DNA from: an uncultured delta proteobacterium
GTDB taxonomy: Bacteria > Desulfobacterota > Binatia > DP-6
Direction of reading: 5' to 3'
Assembly (NCBI GenBank): GCA_963815115.1
Contig: CAWFFN010000007.1
Span: 128,001 to 192,000 of the forward strand
Length of the DNA: 64,000 nt
How positions within the stretch are numbered: the first letter of the stretch is position 1; every line of letters starts with the position of its first letter. The notes below the pieces were generated by a model. That model saw only the letters and a list, made by a program, of their open reading frames with translations. It was not told the DNA's origin and made no database searches. This document shows, piece by piece, positions 14,523-25,225 of the stretch. A program made the position numbers and the translations under genes.

Positions 14523-16957
14523 CCGCCGGCGGCGGGCCGCTCGCCGAGCTGCTGGACGCGCTCGCTCCGCCGCTCGAGTACCTGGCCGCCGACGGGTTCC
14601 GCCAGGCGGCGCGCACCAGCCTGCCGCTGCGCGCGCTCGCCGAACGCCTGGCGCGGGCGCGGGCCCAGGCGGCACCGGGAGTGGACCGGGCGCTCGGTGA
14701 GCTGGACGAGGTCCTGGCCGCGCTCGGCGGTGCGGCGCCGGATGCCCGCACCGCGCTCCTGCGCCGGGCGCACGAGCTCCTCCCCGCGCTGCGACCCGAG
14801 CGCCGGGACGACCATCGCGCGCGAGAGCGGCCGGTCGATGCGGCGCTCGCCGCCCTCACGCAGCCGGTCGAGACCCTGCCCGCCGTGGGGCCCAAGCGCG
14901 CCGCCGAGCTCGCTCGCTTCGGGCTCACGACGGTGGAGGACGTTCTCTACCACCTGCCGTTCCGCTACGAGGACCGGCGCACCCGGACGCCGCTGCACGC
15001 GTTGCGTGCGGGCGAAGACGTGACCGCCGTCGGTGAGGTGGCCTCGGTGCGCCAGGGTGTGACCGGTCGTCGCGGGCGGCGGGTCCTCGAGGTGGCGCTG
15101 CGCGACGGCACCGGGGCCACCCTGCTGGTCTGGTTCAACCAGGTGCAGTACTTCGCGGGCCGGTTCCGGGTCGGCCAGCGGCTGCTGGTGCACGGCCGCG
15201 TCGAGCCGCCGCTCGGCGCCGGACCGCATCGCATACCCCATCCCGACGTCACGGTGCTGGACGACGAGAGCGACCTCGCGCACCTGCCGCCCGTCGTGCC
15301 GGTCTACGAGAAGCCGACGGCGATGCCGGTCGGCGTCATGCGGCGCATCGAGCAGGCCGCGGTCGATGCCTTCGCCGACCGGGTGCCGGCGGCCGTTCCG
15401 GCCGACGTCGCACGACGCCAGCGGCTGATCGAGCCCGGCCGCGCGCTCCGTCACGTGCACCTGCCGCCGGCCGAGGTCGACCTGGAGGCGCTCGCCGAGG
15501 CTCGCTCGCTGGCGCACCGCTCGCTGATCTTCGACGAGCTGTTCTTCCTCCAGCTCGGGCTCGCGCTCCGGCGCACCGCGGCCGGGCAGGAGCCGGGCAC
15601 CGCGTTTCCGGGCACGGGCAGCCTGGGCGTCTCGCTGCGCGAGCGGCTGCCGTTTCGCCTGACCGGCGCCCAGGAGCGCGCGCTCGCGGAGATCGCGGCC
15701 GACCTCGCCGCGCCGCACCCGATGCGCCGGCTCCTGCAGGGCGACGTCGGCAGCGGGAAGACGCTGGTGGCGCTGCTCGCGGCGCTGCTGGTGATCGACG
15801 CCGGCTGGCAGGCGGCGCTGATGGCCCCGACCGAGCTGCTGGCGGAGCAGCACTTCGAGACGGTGCGGCCGCTGGTCGAGCCGCTCGGCGTGCGGGCGGT
15901 GCTGCTCACCGGAGCGATCAAGGGCCGCGCGCGGCGCGACGCCCTCGCCGCGCTCGAGAGCGGCGCCGCCGCGCTCGCGGTCGGCACCCACGCGCTCATC
16001 CAGGAGGGGGTCGACTTCAACCGCCTCGGCCTCGCCATCGTCGACGAGCAACATCGTTTCGGGGTGCTGCAGCGTGCGGCGCTCCAGCGCCGCGCCGATC
16101 GGCCCGCGGCGGTGGACGTGCTGGTGATGAGCGCCACCCCCATCCCGCGCACGCTGGCTCTCACGCTCTACGGTGACCTGGCGATGTCCACGCTCGACGA
16201 GCTCCCGCCCGGCCGCACGCCGATCGCGACGACGCTCTGCCGCGAGTCGCAACGGGCGCGGCTGGTCGAGCGCCTGCGCGCCGAGGTCGCGGCCGGCCAC
16301 CAGGCCTACGTCGTGTACCCGCTGGTGGAGGAGTCGGACAAGAGCGATCTGCGTGCCGCGACGACGATGGTGCGGGAGCTGGCGGCCGGTCCGCTGGCGG
16401 GCCTGCGGCTCGATCTCGTCCACGGGCGCATGAAGGCCGACGAGAAGGACGCCGTCATGCGCCGCTTCAAGGCCGGTGCCTTCGACGTGCTGGTCTCGAC
16501 CACGGTCATCGAGGTCGGCATCGACGTGCCGAACGCGACCGTGATGGTCGTCGAGCATGCCGAGCGCTTCGGGCTGGCGCAGCTTCACCAGCTCCGCGGG
16601 CGGGTCGGCCGCGGGCAGGCGCCGGGCCATTGCATCCTCGTGGTGCCGGACTGGGTGTCGAGCGACGCCTTCCAGCGCTTGCGCGTCCTCGAGCGCTCGA
16701 GCGACGGGTTCGTCATCGCGGAGGCCGATCTGCGGCTGCGCGGTCCGGGGGACTTCCTCGGCACGCGTCAGGCCGGGCTCCCGCCGTTCCGGGTGGCCAA
16801 CCTGCTGCGCGACACCGCGCTGCTGCGCACCGCGCGCGACGAGGCGGCGCGCTGGCTCGAGCACGACCCCGAGCTCTCGCGGCCCGAGTCGAGGACGGTG
16901 CGCGCCGTGCTGCACCACCGCTGGGCCGGGCGGCTCGAGCTCGCCAAGGTGGGGTAG
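14519..16957 (+). CDS. recG: ATP-dependent DNA helicase RecG
   Basis: QGDVGSGKT, DEQHRFG, SATPIPRT, QLHQLRGRVGRG; ATGA overlap with carB. Confidence 0.97.
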
Positions 16958-16998
16958 GGCTTGGTCGATCCCGAGCGTTCGCGCTACATCCTCGTCGC

Positions 16999-17541
16999 AT
17001 GCATCGACCCTCGCCCATCGTGCTCGCGCTCGGCGCCCTGATCGCGTGCGGAGCGGCCGACCAGGAGCAGCGTACCGCCGCGGTGACCACCACGACCACG
17101 ACGCAGCCGCCGGCCGCCCGCAGCTCGGCGCGCCCCGCCCGCTCGCTCAGCGACACCGAGCGGGCGGCGATGCTGCGCGTCCTCGCCGGCGAGAGTGGGC
17201 CCGTGCGCAAGGTGTGGTTCGCGGTTGCGGCCGGGGACCCGGAGTCGGCGGGGCTGAAGGACGCCTTCGAGGGGGTGTTCAGGCAGGCGGGGTGGGAGAG
17301 CGCCACGCAGACGGTCACCGGGATGTTGCTCAAGCCGGGGCTGAGCATCCTGATCGCGGCCGAGGACCCGCCCTCCTACGTCGCGGTCGCGCAGCAGGCC
17401 CTCGAGTCGACCGGCTTCACGTTCAAGACGGGATCGGGCTATCGCGCCTACTTCGACGAGCGCAGACAGGCCGACCCCAAGTGGCCGGGCATCGAGCTCG
17501 CGCCCGATCAGGAATTCGTGGTCGTCGTCGGCCCGCAGTAA
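16999..17541 (+). CDS. Putative lipoprotein of unknown function
   Basis: Hydrophobic leader with LIA-C lipobox, Thr-rich linker, globular C-terminal part. Confidence 0.7.
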   Translation: MHRPSPIVLALGALIACGAADQEQRTAAVTTTTTTQPPAARSSARPARSLSDTERAAMLRVLAGESGPVRKVWFAVAAGDPESAGLKDAFEGVFRQAGWESATQTVTGMLLKPGLSILIAAEDPPSYVAVAQQALESTGFTFKTGSGYRAYFDERRQADPKWPGIELAPDQEFVVVVGPQ

Positions 17542-17786
17542 GTGTCGACCCGAGACTGCGTCTCGGGTCGACACGGAAGCGAGCGTGTGGCGTTCGGTGG
17601 CTCTGGCGAACGCCGTGCCGCGGCCGGCGAAGCCGGCGCGGCAAAACGTGGCCCGCACGACGCCCTGGGCTCTCCGGTACGTTTGCCGCGGCGGCTTCGC
17701 CGCCCGCGGCACGACATCCGCACCGTGCATCGAGCCTCACTCTCGCTCTCCGCGTAGCACCGAGACGCAGTCTCGGTGCTACGCGG
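17542..17786 (+). repeat. Nested palindromic REPIN/MITE-like element, copy 1
   Basis: Terminal hairpins 17542-17574 (15-3-15) and 17750-17786 (17-3-17) with a CCGAGAC-NNN-GTCTCGG core; inner inverted arms 17615-17649 and 17679-17712; homologous to 20985-21268. Confidence 0.85.
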
Positions 17787-18858
17787 GCTCTTGCTGCGTC
17801 ATGCAGTGCAGCGTCCCGAGCCCCAGCACCAGGTCGACCGCGTGGATGCCGACGACGCAGCGGGTGGGGAACAGATCGGCCAGCGTATGCAGGGCCCGGC
17901 GGTCGGCGGGGTCGTTGAACGTCGGCACGAGAACGACCGAATTGGCGACGTAGAAGTTGGCATAGCTCGCGGGCAGGCGCTGCCCGTCGAACAGGACGGG
18001 GCGCGGCATCGGCAGCTCGACGACGCGCAGGGGCGTGTCGTCCTGGTCGGTCATGTCGCGCAGCCGGTCGCGGTTCTCGCGCAGCTTCTGGTAGTTCTCG
18101 TCGGCGGGATCGTCGCACACGGCGACCGCCACCGTCCGCGGGTCGACGAAGCGAGCGAGGTCGTCCACGTGGCCGTGCGTGTCGTCGCCGGCGATGCCCT
18201 CCCCGAGCCAGAGCACCTTGCGGACTCCGAGGTGCTCCGCCAGCACGCGCTCGAGGTCCCGGCGCCCGAGTCCGGGATTGCGCGCCTGCACCGGGCTCAG
18301 CAGGCACTCCTCGGTCGTGAGCAGGGCGCCGCGGCCGTTCACGTCGATGGCGCCGCCCTCCAGCACGACGCGACGCTGCGCGCCGTCGATGCCGGCGAGA
18401 GGCAGCCAGAGGGGATGGCGCAGGCGTCGCGCGAGGTAGCGGGGCACGGCCGCATCGCGCCGGTGGTCGGGATACTTCGCCCATCCGGTGAATCGCCAGC
18501 CGACCAGCCCCTTCTCGCCGTCGGCACCGCGCACGAAGAGCGGACAGTAGTCGCGGGTCCACGAGCGGTCCGTCGCGACCCGCAGCCAGTCCACGCGGGC
18601 GAGATCGACGCCGGCGCGGCGCAGCACGGCGCGCGCCTGGCGCTCGAGACGCTCGTCGCGCACCAGGATGCGAACCCGCTCGCCGGAGACCAGCTGGCGC
18701 ACGACCTCGGCGTAGACCCAGCGCACCGCCTCGAGCTTCCCGGGTCCGGGCCAGTCGCTGCGCTCGTGCGGCCAGGCGAGCCAGGTGGCGGTGTGGGACT
18801 CCCACTCCGCGGGCATGCGATAGCCCTGCGCCGCGGGCGTGCCCCGGGCGGGCGTCAT
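17779..18858 (-). CDS. aguA: Agmatine deiminase
   Basis: RMPAEWE, WTRDY, LEGGAIDVNG, DDTHGHVDD, ASYANF, GTLHCMTQQ. Confidence 0.93.
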   Translation of the reverse strand: MTPARGTPAAQGYRMPAEWESHTATWLAWPHERSDWPGPGKLEAVRWVYAEVVRQLVSGERVRILVRDERLERQARAVLRRAGVDLARVDWLRVATDRSWTRDYCPLFVRGADGEKGLVGWRFTGWAKYPDHRRDAAVPRYLARRLRHPLWLPLAGIDGAQRRVVLEGGAIDVNGRGALLTTEECLLSPVQARNPGLGRRDLERVLAEHLGVRKVLWLGEGIAGDDTHGHVDDLARFVDPRTVAVAVCDDPADENYQKLRENRDRLRDMTDQDDTPLRVVELPMPRPVLFDGQRLPASYANFYVANSVVLVPTFNDPADRRALHTLADLFPTRCVVGIHAVDLVLGLGTLHCMTQQEPA

Positions 18859-19743
18859 GTGTCGAGGAGACGCTTCGAGATGGCAGCGTAGGCGTCGATG
18901 CGCCGGTCGCGCAGGAAGGGCCAGTTGCGCCGGACGTCTTCCTGGTGGGCGCGGTCGCATTCGACGACCAGCACCGCTTCGGCGTCGCGCGGGGCCTCGG
19001 CGACCACGACCCCGAACGGATCGCTCACGAACGACGACCCCCAGAACTCGACGCCGCCACCGGCCGGCCCCTCGTGGCCGACCCGGTTCACCGCGGCGAC
19101 GTAGACGCCGTTGGCGATGGCGTGCGCGCGCTGCATGACCTGCCAGGCGGTCGCCTGGGCCTCGCCGTACTCGGCCTTCTCCCGCGGATGCCAGCCGATG
19201 GCCGTCGGGTAGAAGAGCACGTCGGCGCCCGCGAGGGCCGTCAGCCGGGCCGCTTCGGGAAACCACTGGTCCCAGCAGACGAGCGTGCCGACCTTCCCGA
19301 CGCCTGGTGTCGAAGGCGTTGAAGCCGAGATCGCCGGGCGTGAAGTAGAACTTCTCGTAGTAGAGCGGGTCGTCAGGGATGTGCATCTTGCGGTAGCGGC
19401 CGCGCTCGGCGCCGTCCGCATCGAGGACCAGTGCCGTGTTGTGGTAGACGCCCGCGGCCCGGCGCTCGAAGAGCGAGGCCACGATCGCCACCCCGAGCTC
19501 GCGCGCCACGCGGGCCAGGGCGTCGCTGGTGGGGCCCGGAATGGGCTCGGCGAGGTCGAAGAGCGCCGCGTCCTCGCGCTGGCAGAAGTAGGGCGTGCGG
19601 AAGAGTTCCGGCAGGCAGACGATCCCGGCGCCGCGGGCGGCGGCCTCGCGAATCCGCGTGACGGCGCTGTCGAGGTTGGCAGCGGCGTCGTCGCCCATGC
19701 GCATCTGCACGAGGCCGACCGAGAAGCGCACCGGTGCTCCCAT
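18855..19743 (-). CDS. aguB: N-carbamoylputrescine amidase / carbon-nitrogen hydrolase (frameshift near 19303)
   Basis: Nitrilase triad motifs LPELF, YRKMHIP, VCWDQWFPE; adjacent to aguA. Confidence 0.88.
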
Positions 19744-19844
19744 CGGCGGCGACACTGCCCAGCGCGCGGGGGGCTGTCAACGCGCGCGCCGGGCCGAGCG
19801 CGTGCGCTGGCATCGCCGGCGGGCGCCGGTCTAGGATGCGCGGC

Positions 19845-20984
19845 ATGGACATGTCCTACACGCCCGAGGAAGAGGCCTTTCGCGCGCGAGTCCGCGCCTG
19901 GCTGGAGGAGAACACCCCGGCGCCCGGGTCGCTCGCCGAGGACCTCGAGGCCATGCGGGCCTGGCAGCGCAAGCTGCACGAGGCCGGCCTGCTCGCCGTG
20001 TCGTGGCCGAAGGAGTACGGCGGCGCCGGCCTGTCGCCGATGGAGCAGGCGATCCTGAACGAGGAGCTCGCCCGCGTGCGCGCCCCGGGCGTCGTCAACG
20101 CCATGGCGATCTGGTGGGTCGGGCCCGCGATCATGAAGTACGGCACCGACGAGCAGAAGCAACGGTTCATCCCGAAGATCCTCACCGCGGAGGAGATCTG
20201 GGCGACCGGGTACTCCGAGCCGTCCTCGGGCTCCGACATGGCGGCGGCGAAGACCCGCGCCGAGCGCCAGGGCGACTACTACGTGGTCAACGGCCAGAAG
20301 ATCTGGACCACGCTGGCGCACATCTCGGACTGGTACTTCGTGCTCGTGCGCACCTCGAACGAGTCGAAGTGGGGCGGGCTCTCGCTCATGCTCATGGACA
20401 TGCGCAGCCCGGGGGTCGAGATCCGTCCCATCAGGCAGATCGACGGCGGCACCGAGTTCAACGAGGTCTTCATGACCGACGTGAAGGTGCCGGTCGCGAA
20501 CCTGCTCGGCAAGGAAGGGCAGGGCTGGGAAGTGGTCTCGAGCGCGCTGGTCAACGAGCGCTCCGGCATCGCCGGCAGCATCCGCGGCGACCAGGCGCTC
20601 GACTGGCTGGTCACCACGACGCGCGGCCAGGGGAAGACGAAGGATCCCAACGTGCGGCAGCGGATCGCCGACCTCGCCATCAAGGGGGCGATCATGCGCT
20701 ACGCCGGGATGCGCTCTCTCACCGACTCGCTGCGCGAGCGGCTGAACCCGCACCTCTCGGCCGCCATGAAGCTCATGGGCACGAGCCTCGTGCAGCAGTA
20801 CTCCGAGACGGCGATGGAGATTCTCGGCCCGTACGCCGCGCTCATGTGGGACGAGCACGCGCCGTCGAACGGGCGCTGGGCGCGGCAGTATCTCTACGAC
20901 CGCTCGATGACGATCGCCGGGGGTACGAGCGAGGTGCAGCGCAACATCGTCGCGCAGCGCATCCTGGGCCTGCCGAGGCGGTAG
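19845..20984 (+). CDS. Acyl-CoA dehydrogenase (FadE-type)
   Basis: GYSEPSSGSD, VVNGQKIWT, EFNEVF, IAGGTSEVQRNI. Confidence 0.93.
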   Translation: MDMSYTPEEEAFRARVRAWLEENTPAPGSLAEDLEAMRAWQRKLHEAGLLAVSWPKEYGGAGLSPMEQAILNEELARVRAPGVVNAMAIWWVGPAIMKYGTDEQKQRFIPKILTAEEIWATGYSEPSSGSDMAAAKTRAERQGDYYVVNGQKIWTTLAHISDWYFVLVRTSNESKWGGLSLMLMDMRSPGVEIRPIRQIDGGTEFNEVFMTDVKVPVANLLGKEGQGWEVVSSALVNERSGIAGSIRGDQALDWLVTTTRGQGKTKDPNVRQRIADLAIKGAIMRYAGMRSLTDSLRERLNPHLSAAMKLMGTSLVQQYSETAMEILGPYAALMWDEHAPSNGRWARQYLYDRSMTIAGGTSEVQRNIVAQRILGLPRR

Positions 20985-21268
20985 CAGTCCGACCCGAGAC
21001 TCCGTCTCGGCTCGGGACGAACGGCGAGAATGGGGCCTGGTCAACAGTGCGGACGTCGTGCCGCGGCCGGCAAAGCCGGCGCGGCAGACGTGCCGGAGCA
21101 CGAAGCTGTCGCTAACACGCCATATTTGTGGTGGCGCAGGCCAGACCGTCGGGCGTTCCACGTTTTGCCGCGCCGGCTTCGCCGGCCGCGGCATGGCGCC
21201 CAGCCGAGCCCCCACGCCAGACGCTCGCGTTCCGCTTTCGACCCGAGACGAAGTCTCGGGTCGACACC
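20985..21268 (-). repeat. Nested palindromic REPIN/MITE-like element, copy 2 (inverted relative to copy 1)
   Basis: Terminal hairpins near 20988-21017 and at 21238-21264; inner inverted arms 21058-21091 and 21160-21194; the reverse complement aligns with copy 1. Confidence 0.85.
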
Positions 21269-22312
21269 CTAGAGCGCCAGGTTCACCACCAGCCCGAGCA
21301 CGAACAGGCCGCCCGCCAGCTTGTTGTGGTGGAAGGCGAGGGCCACGTACCACAGCGGCCAGATGCGGTAGCCCGCAGGCGGCGCCGACGGCTTGGGCTC
21401 GCCGTATGCCTTCAGCACGCGCACCAGACGCGGCACCGCCCCGAGCGAGAGCAGCACGCCCCAGCCGAGACAGCCGAAGGCCACGAGCCCCACGACGATG
21501 GGGTAGAAGGCGACCATCAGCGCCTGGTTCAGACGCAGCGAGGCTTGCCGCCCGAGGAGCACCGGCAGGGTGTGGATGCCGCGCGCCGAGTCCTGCTCGA
21601 ACTTGTCGACGTGCTTGCCGATCAGCACGGTCGTGACGCTGATGGCGTAGGGAAGGGTGGCGACCCAGACCCAGGGCGGGATCGATCCCGCGGTGACGTA
21701 GTAGGTGCCGCCGATCATGAGCGGGCCCCAGACCACGAACACGCCCGGCTCGCCGAGGCCGTGGTGCTTCAGCTTGAGCGGCGGGGCGACGTAGAAGACG
21801 CTGATGAAGAGGCCCGCGAGCGCGAACGCCGCCACCGGCCACCCCCGCGCCGACACCAGCGCCAGGAGGATCACGAGGTCGGCGAGGTTGACGGCGGCGA
21901 TGCTGGCCACGAGGCCGCGCTTCGAGATCAGGCCGGAGAGGAGCGGATGCGGCGCGTAGAGCGCCCGCGTGTACTCGCTGGTGTCGACCCCACCGGTGGT
22001 GTCGAACAGGTCGTTGATCATGTTGTTGGCGGCGTGCGCGAGCACCAGCCCGACCAGCGCCAGCGTGAAGTAGCTCCAGCGGGGTGCGGGTGCCGTGGCG
22101 GCGGCGAGCAGCCCGCCGATCAGCGCCGACGTGATGGTCATGGAGAAGACGCACGCGCGGGTGATCAGCAGCCAGCGCGACACGCCGTCGATGGCGCGGC
22201 CCGGGCGCAGGTTCCCCTGCGCGAGGATCGATCGCCAGTTGTCGACCAGACCGGCGAGCCCGGGGCTCGCAACGGCCTCGCCCGGGTTGACCGCCTGCGC
22301 GCGCTCGGCCAT
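21269..22312 (-). CDS. menA: UbiA-family prenyltransferase, MenA-like
   Basis: NNMINDLFD..GGVD, PPLKLKHHGLGE, DSARGIHTL; multiple TM helices. Confidence 0.7.
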   Translation of the reverse strand: MAERAQAVNPGEAVASPGLAGLVDNWRSILAQGNLRPGRAIDGVSRWLLITRACVFSMTITSALIGGLLAAATAPAPRWSYFTLALVGLVLAHAANNMINDLFDTTGGVDTSEYTRALYAPHPLLSGLISKRGLVASIAAVNLADLVILLALVSARGWPVAAFALAGLFISVFYVAPPLKLKHHGLGEPGVFVVWGPLMIGGTYYVTAGSIPPWVWVATLPYAISVTTVLIGKHVDKFEQDSARGIHTLPVLLGRQASLRLNQALMVAFYPIVVGLVAFGCLGWGVLLSLGAVPRLVRVLKAYGEPKPSAPPAGYRIWPLWYVALAFHHNKLAGGLFVLGLVVNLAL

Positions 22313-22343
22313 GGCTCCGGTTTAGGGGGTCGCGTGGCGCGAT

Positions 22344-23184
22344 TCAACCATCGAATCGCGTGAGCGCATGCTCGGCGTGAAACGTCGGTCCGTGCACGTC
22401 GCGACCGGTGAAGAACATCGGATCCTCCGCCGTGGCGAGCATGGCGCACACCCGGCCCGGGTTCTCCACGGGGAGGCCCTTGGAGGCGTCGAAGCCGAAC
22501 GGTCCCAGCTCCGCCGCCATGCGCTCGGTGGCGACGAAGCCGGGCATGAGGCCGATCACGGCCACGTTGTGGGGGCGGAGCTCCTTCGCCAGCCCCGGGA
22601 TCATGCGCCCGAAGGCCGCCTTGGTGATCGAGTAGCCGAGCCCCCAGCCTCCCTTGCCGATGGGGGCGGGCGTCTCGATCTGCCCCGCGCTCGAGGTGAT
22701 GTTGATGACGATGCCGGAGCCCTGCTGCTTCCAGAGCGGCAGGCAGAGCTTGATGAGCTGGAGGGGTGCGAACACGTTGCAACGGAACATGCGCTCGATC
22801 AGCTCGAGCGGCGTGTCCTCGAACGCGTCCATGTGCCCCGGACCGATGTAGCGACCGTTGTTGACCAGCACGTCGATGCGGCCGAAGCGGCCGACGGCGG
22901 CCTGGACCGCGGCCGGGGGATCGCCCGGCTGCAGCAGATCGAGCGCGGCCACCAGGGTGGCGGCGCCGAGCGCGCGTCGCCTCGCGAGAGGTCTCGTCCA
23001 GCGTTCCCGGCAGCGGGTCGGTGGCGGAGCGGCGGACGGTGGAGGAGTGCTCGAGGCGCTCCGCGCCAGTGACGGTGCGGGCGGTGAGCACGAGATCGAA
23101 CCCGCGCCGCGCCAGCTCGAGCGCGCAGCCGCGCCCGATGCCGCGACTCGCCCCGGTGACGAACGCGACCTTGCGCTCAGCCAT
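22344..23184 (-). CDS. SDR oxidoreductase (frameshift near 22985)
   Basis: VTGASRGIG, DVLVNNG, YSITK. Confidence 0.88.
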
Positions 23185-23587
23185 CGCGCTCCTCCGCGCC
23201 CCGGGTCCACAGGCGCTCGACCTCGCGCCGGGTGATGCGCCAGCCCTCCGGCCCGCGCGCCAGCTCGTCGTGGTAGCGGACGGCAACGGTGCGGGAGCTG
23301 CCGTCCGGAAGCCAGTGCTGCGCCGTGCAGTCGGCGTGGCTGCGGGCGCTGTCGCCGTCGACCTCGACGTCCTGCGCGGTGATGGCATGCCGCGTGGCAT
23401 CGTAGCGGCGCATCGCGTCGCCGAGCGCGGCGAGCGCATCGGCGATCGTGCCGCTGGCCAGCGTGCCGCGATAGGCCGCGTCGCTGGTGAAGCAGGAGGC
23501 CACGAGGTGCGGGTCCCTCGCATCGACCCCGCGCGCATATCGCAGCAGCAGCTCGCGGATGGCCGTGCGGTCGTCGATCTCGGTCAT
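23177..23587 (-). CDS. NTF2/SnoaL-like protein
   Basis: DRTAIRELLLRYARGVD ... YHDELAR...WRI. Confidence 0.85.
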   Translation of the reverse strand: MTEIDDRTAIRELLLRYARGVDARDPHLVASCFTSDAAYRGTLASGTIADALAALGDAMRRYDATRHAITAQDVEVDGDSARSHADCTAQHWLPDGSSRTVAVRYHDELARGPEGWRITRREVERLWTRGAEERDG

Positions 23588-23682
23588 GCAGCACGGTCCT
23601 GTCACGGTGGCGCGACGCGAGGCAACCCCATCCGCGGTCGTGGTTGCGATGGCACGCACGCGCGGGATACCTCCTGGGGTCC

Positions 23683-24414
23683 GTGCTTCTGCCGCGCCGC
23701 GCGCACCTGGACGCCGTCTTCCTCGATGCCGGCAACACCCTGATCACCTTCGATCACGCGCTGGTGTGCGGGATGCTGGCGGACGAAGGGATCACGGCCA
23801 CGCCGGTGGCGCTCGCGCGAGCCGAGGCGGCGGCGCGGCCCGAGGTGTCCCGCTTCCTGGCCGACGGCATCTCCAGCGAGCGCCGCGACACCTTCGTCTT
23901 CTACGTCGCCCGCATGCTCGCCCGCCTGGGCCGTGACGGGGCGGACGGCCCGCCGCTCGCCGGCCGCCTGGTGGCGCGGCTCAGGCGCGAGGTTCCGACG
24001 CAGCGCCTGTGGTCGCAGGTGCTTCCCGGCGTCCCTGATGCGCTGCGCGCACTGCGTGCGGCCGGCCTCACCCTCGTGGTGGTGAGCAACTCCGACGGCA
24101 CGGTCGAGGAGGGCCTCGCCGCGATGGGGCTGCGTCCCCTCCTCGACGCCGTGGTCGACTCTGCCGTGGTCGGCATCGAGAAGCCCGACCCGGCGATCTT
24201 CCGCCACGCGCTCGCGCTCGCCGGCGTACGCCCCGACCGCGCGCTCCACGTGGGAGACCTGCATGCCGTCGACGTGCTCGGGGCGCGGGCGGCCGGCCTG
24301 CACGCCGTGCTGCTCGATCCGCACGGAGACTGGGCCGGTGTCGATTGCGTCCGGAGCGCGGACCTGACGTCGCTCACCCGGGCGCTGCTCGACGAGGAAG
24401 GGGGTCAGGCGTGA
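23683..24414 (+). CDS. HAD-superfamily hydrolase
   Basis: FLDAGNTL, VVSNSD, EKPDP, HVGD...DV. Confidence 0.9.
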   Translation: MLLPRRAHLDAVFLDAGNTLITFDHALVCGMLADEGITATPVALARAEAAARPEVSRFLADGISSERRDTFVFYVARMLARLGRDGADGPPLAGRLVARLRREVPTQRLWSQVLPGVPDALRALRAAGLTLVVVSNSDGTVEEGLAAMGLRPLLDAVVDSAVVGIEKPDPAIFRHALALAGVRPDRALHVGDLHAVDVLGARAAGLHAVLLDPHGDWAGVDCVRSADLTSLTRALLDEEGGQA

Positions 24415-25139
24415 ACGAGCAGGACGTGACCTACGCGCGCGATGGCGACGTGCTGAGGGCGTACGCCGTCTCACCGGACGCCGGGCCGCCGGCGGGCGCC
24501 GTGATCGTCATCCCCGACGTACGCGGGCTCACCGAGCACTATCGCGACGTCGCGCGGCGCTTCGCCGCCGAGGGCTTCCTCGCCCTGGCGGTCGATCTCT
24601 ACAGCCGCGAGGGCGCGCCCGAGCTGCCCGACGTGGCCGCGGCCCTGCGCTGGATGCGCCAGCTTCCCGATCCCCGCGTGCTGGGCGATCTCGCCGCCGC
24701 GGTGCGCTACCTCGAGGGGCGTTCCGGCGCCGCGCCGCATCGCATCGGCATCACCGGGTTCTGCATGGGCGGGCAGTACGCGCTCATGGCGGCGTGCAGC
24801 GTTCCCGGCATCGCGGCGTGCGTGTCGTGGTACGGCATGCTGCGCTATGCGGAGCGCGACGCCCTCAAGCCGGCGAGCCCGCTCGACCTCGCCCCGCGGC
24901 TCGGGTGTCCGTATCTCGGCCTCTTCGGAGAGGAGGACGCGCTCATTCCGCTGGCCGACGTGGAGGCCCTGCGCGGCATCCTGTCGGCGGCCGGCAAGGA
25001 GTTCGAGATCCGCACCTACGCCGGCGCGGGCCACGCCTTCTTCAACGACACGCGAGCCGAGACCTACCGCCCCGCGGCGGCCGCCGATGCGTGGCCGCGT
25101 GCCGTGGCCTTCTTCCGGCGGCACCTGGGCGGCGACTGA
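24411..25139 (+). CDS. Dienelactone hydrolase family protein
   Basis: GFCMGG, GEED, AGHAFFND. Confidence 0.92.
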   Translation: MNEQDVTYARDGDVLRAYAVSPDAGPPAGAVIVIPDVRGLTEHYRDVARRFAAEGFLALAVDLYSREGAPELPDVAAALRWMRQLPDPRVLGDLAAAVRYLEGRSGAAPHRIGITGFCMGGQYALMAACSVPGIAACVSWYGMLRYAERDALKPASPLDLAPRLGCPYLGLFGEEDALIPLADVEALRGILSAAGKEFEIRTYAGAGHAFFNDTRAETYRPAAAADAWPRAVAFFRRHLGGD

Positions 25140-25225
25140 GGCGAGTCCAGGGCGCCACGAGCGGCTGTCATTCGCGTCCGAAAATGGCCAGACTGGAGCG
25201 GCCGGGTGTGCCACAACTCTCCCGC

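Noticed and set aside
17779-19755. Apparent 658-aa nitrilase-agmatine deiminase fusion in the ORF track
   Set aside because: Caused by a frameshift in aguB near 19303; the aguB C-terminus and stop (18855) are in another frame and aguA has its own ATG.
17542-21268. Palindromic repeats considered as a CRISPR array or attC cassette sites
   Set aside because: No regularly spaced direct repeats with unique spacers, no cas or integron integrase gene, and the flanked genes are convergent metabolic genes.
17585-21636. Similar short ORFs containing PRPAKPARQ at ~17.6 kb and ~21.06 kb on both strands
   Set aside because: By-products of the palindromic repeat element; no RBS or coding evidence.
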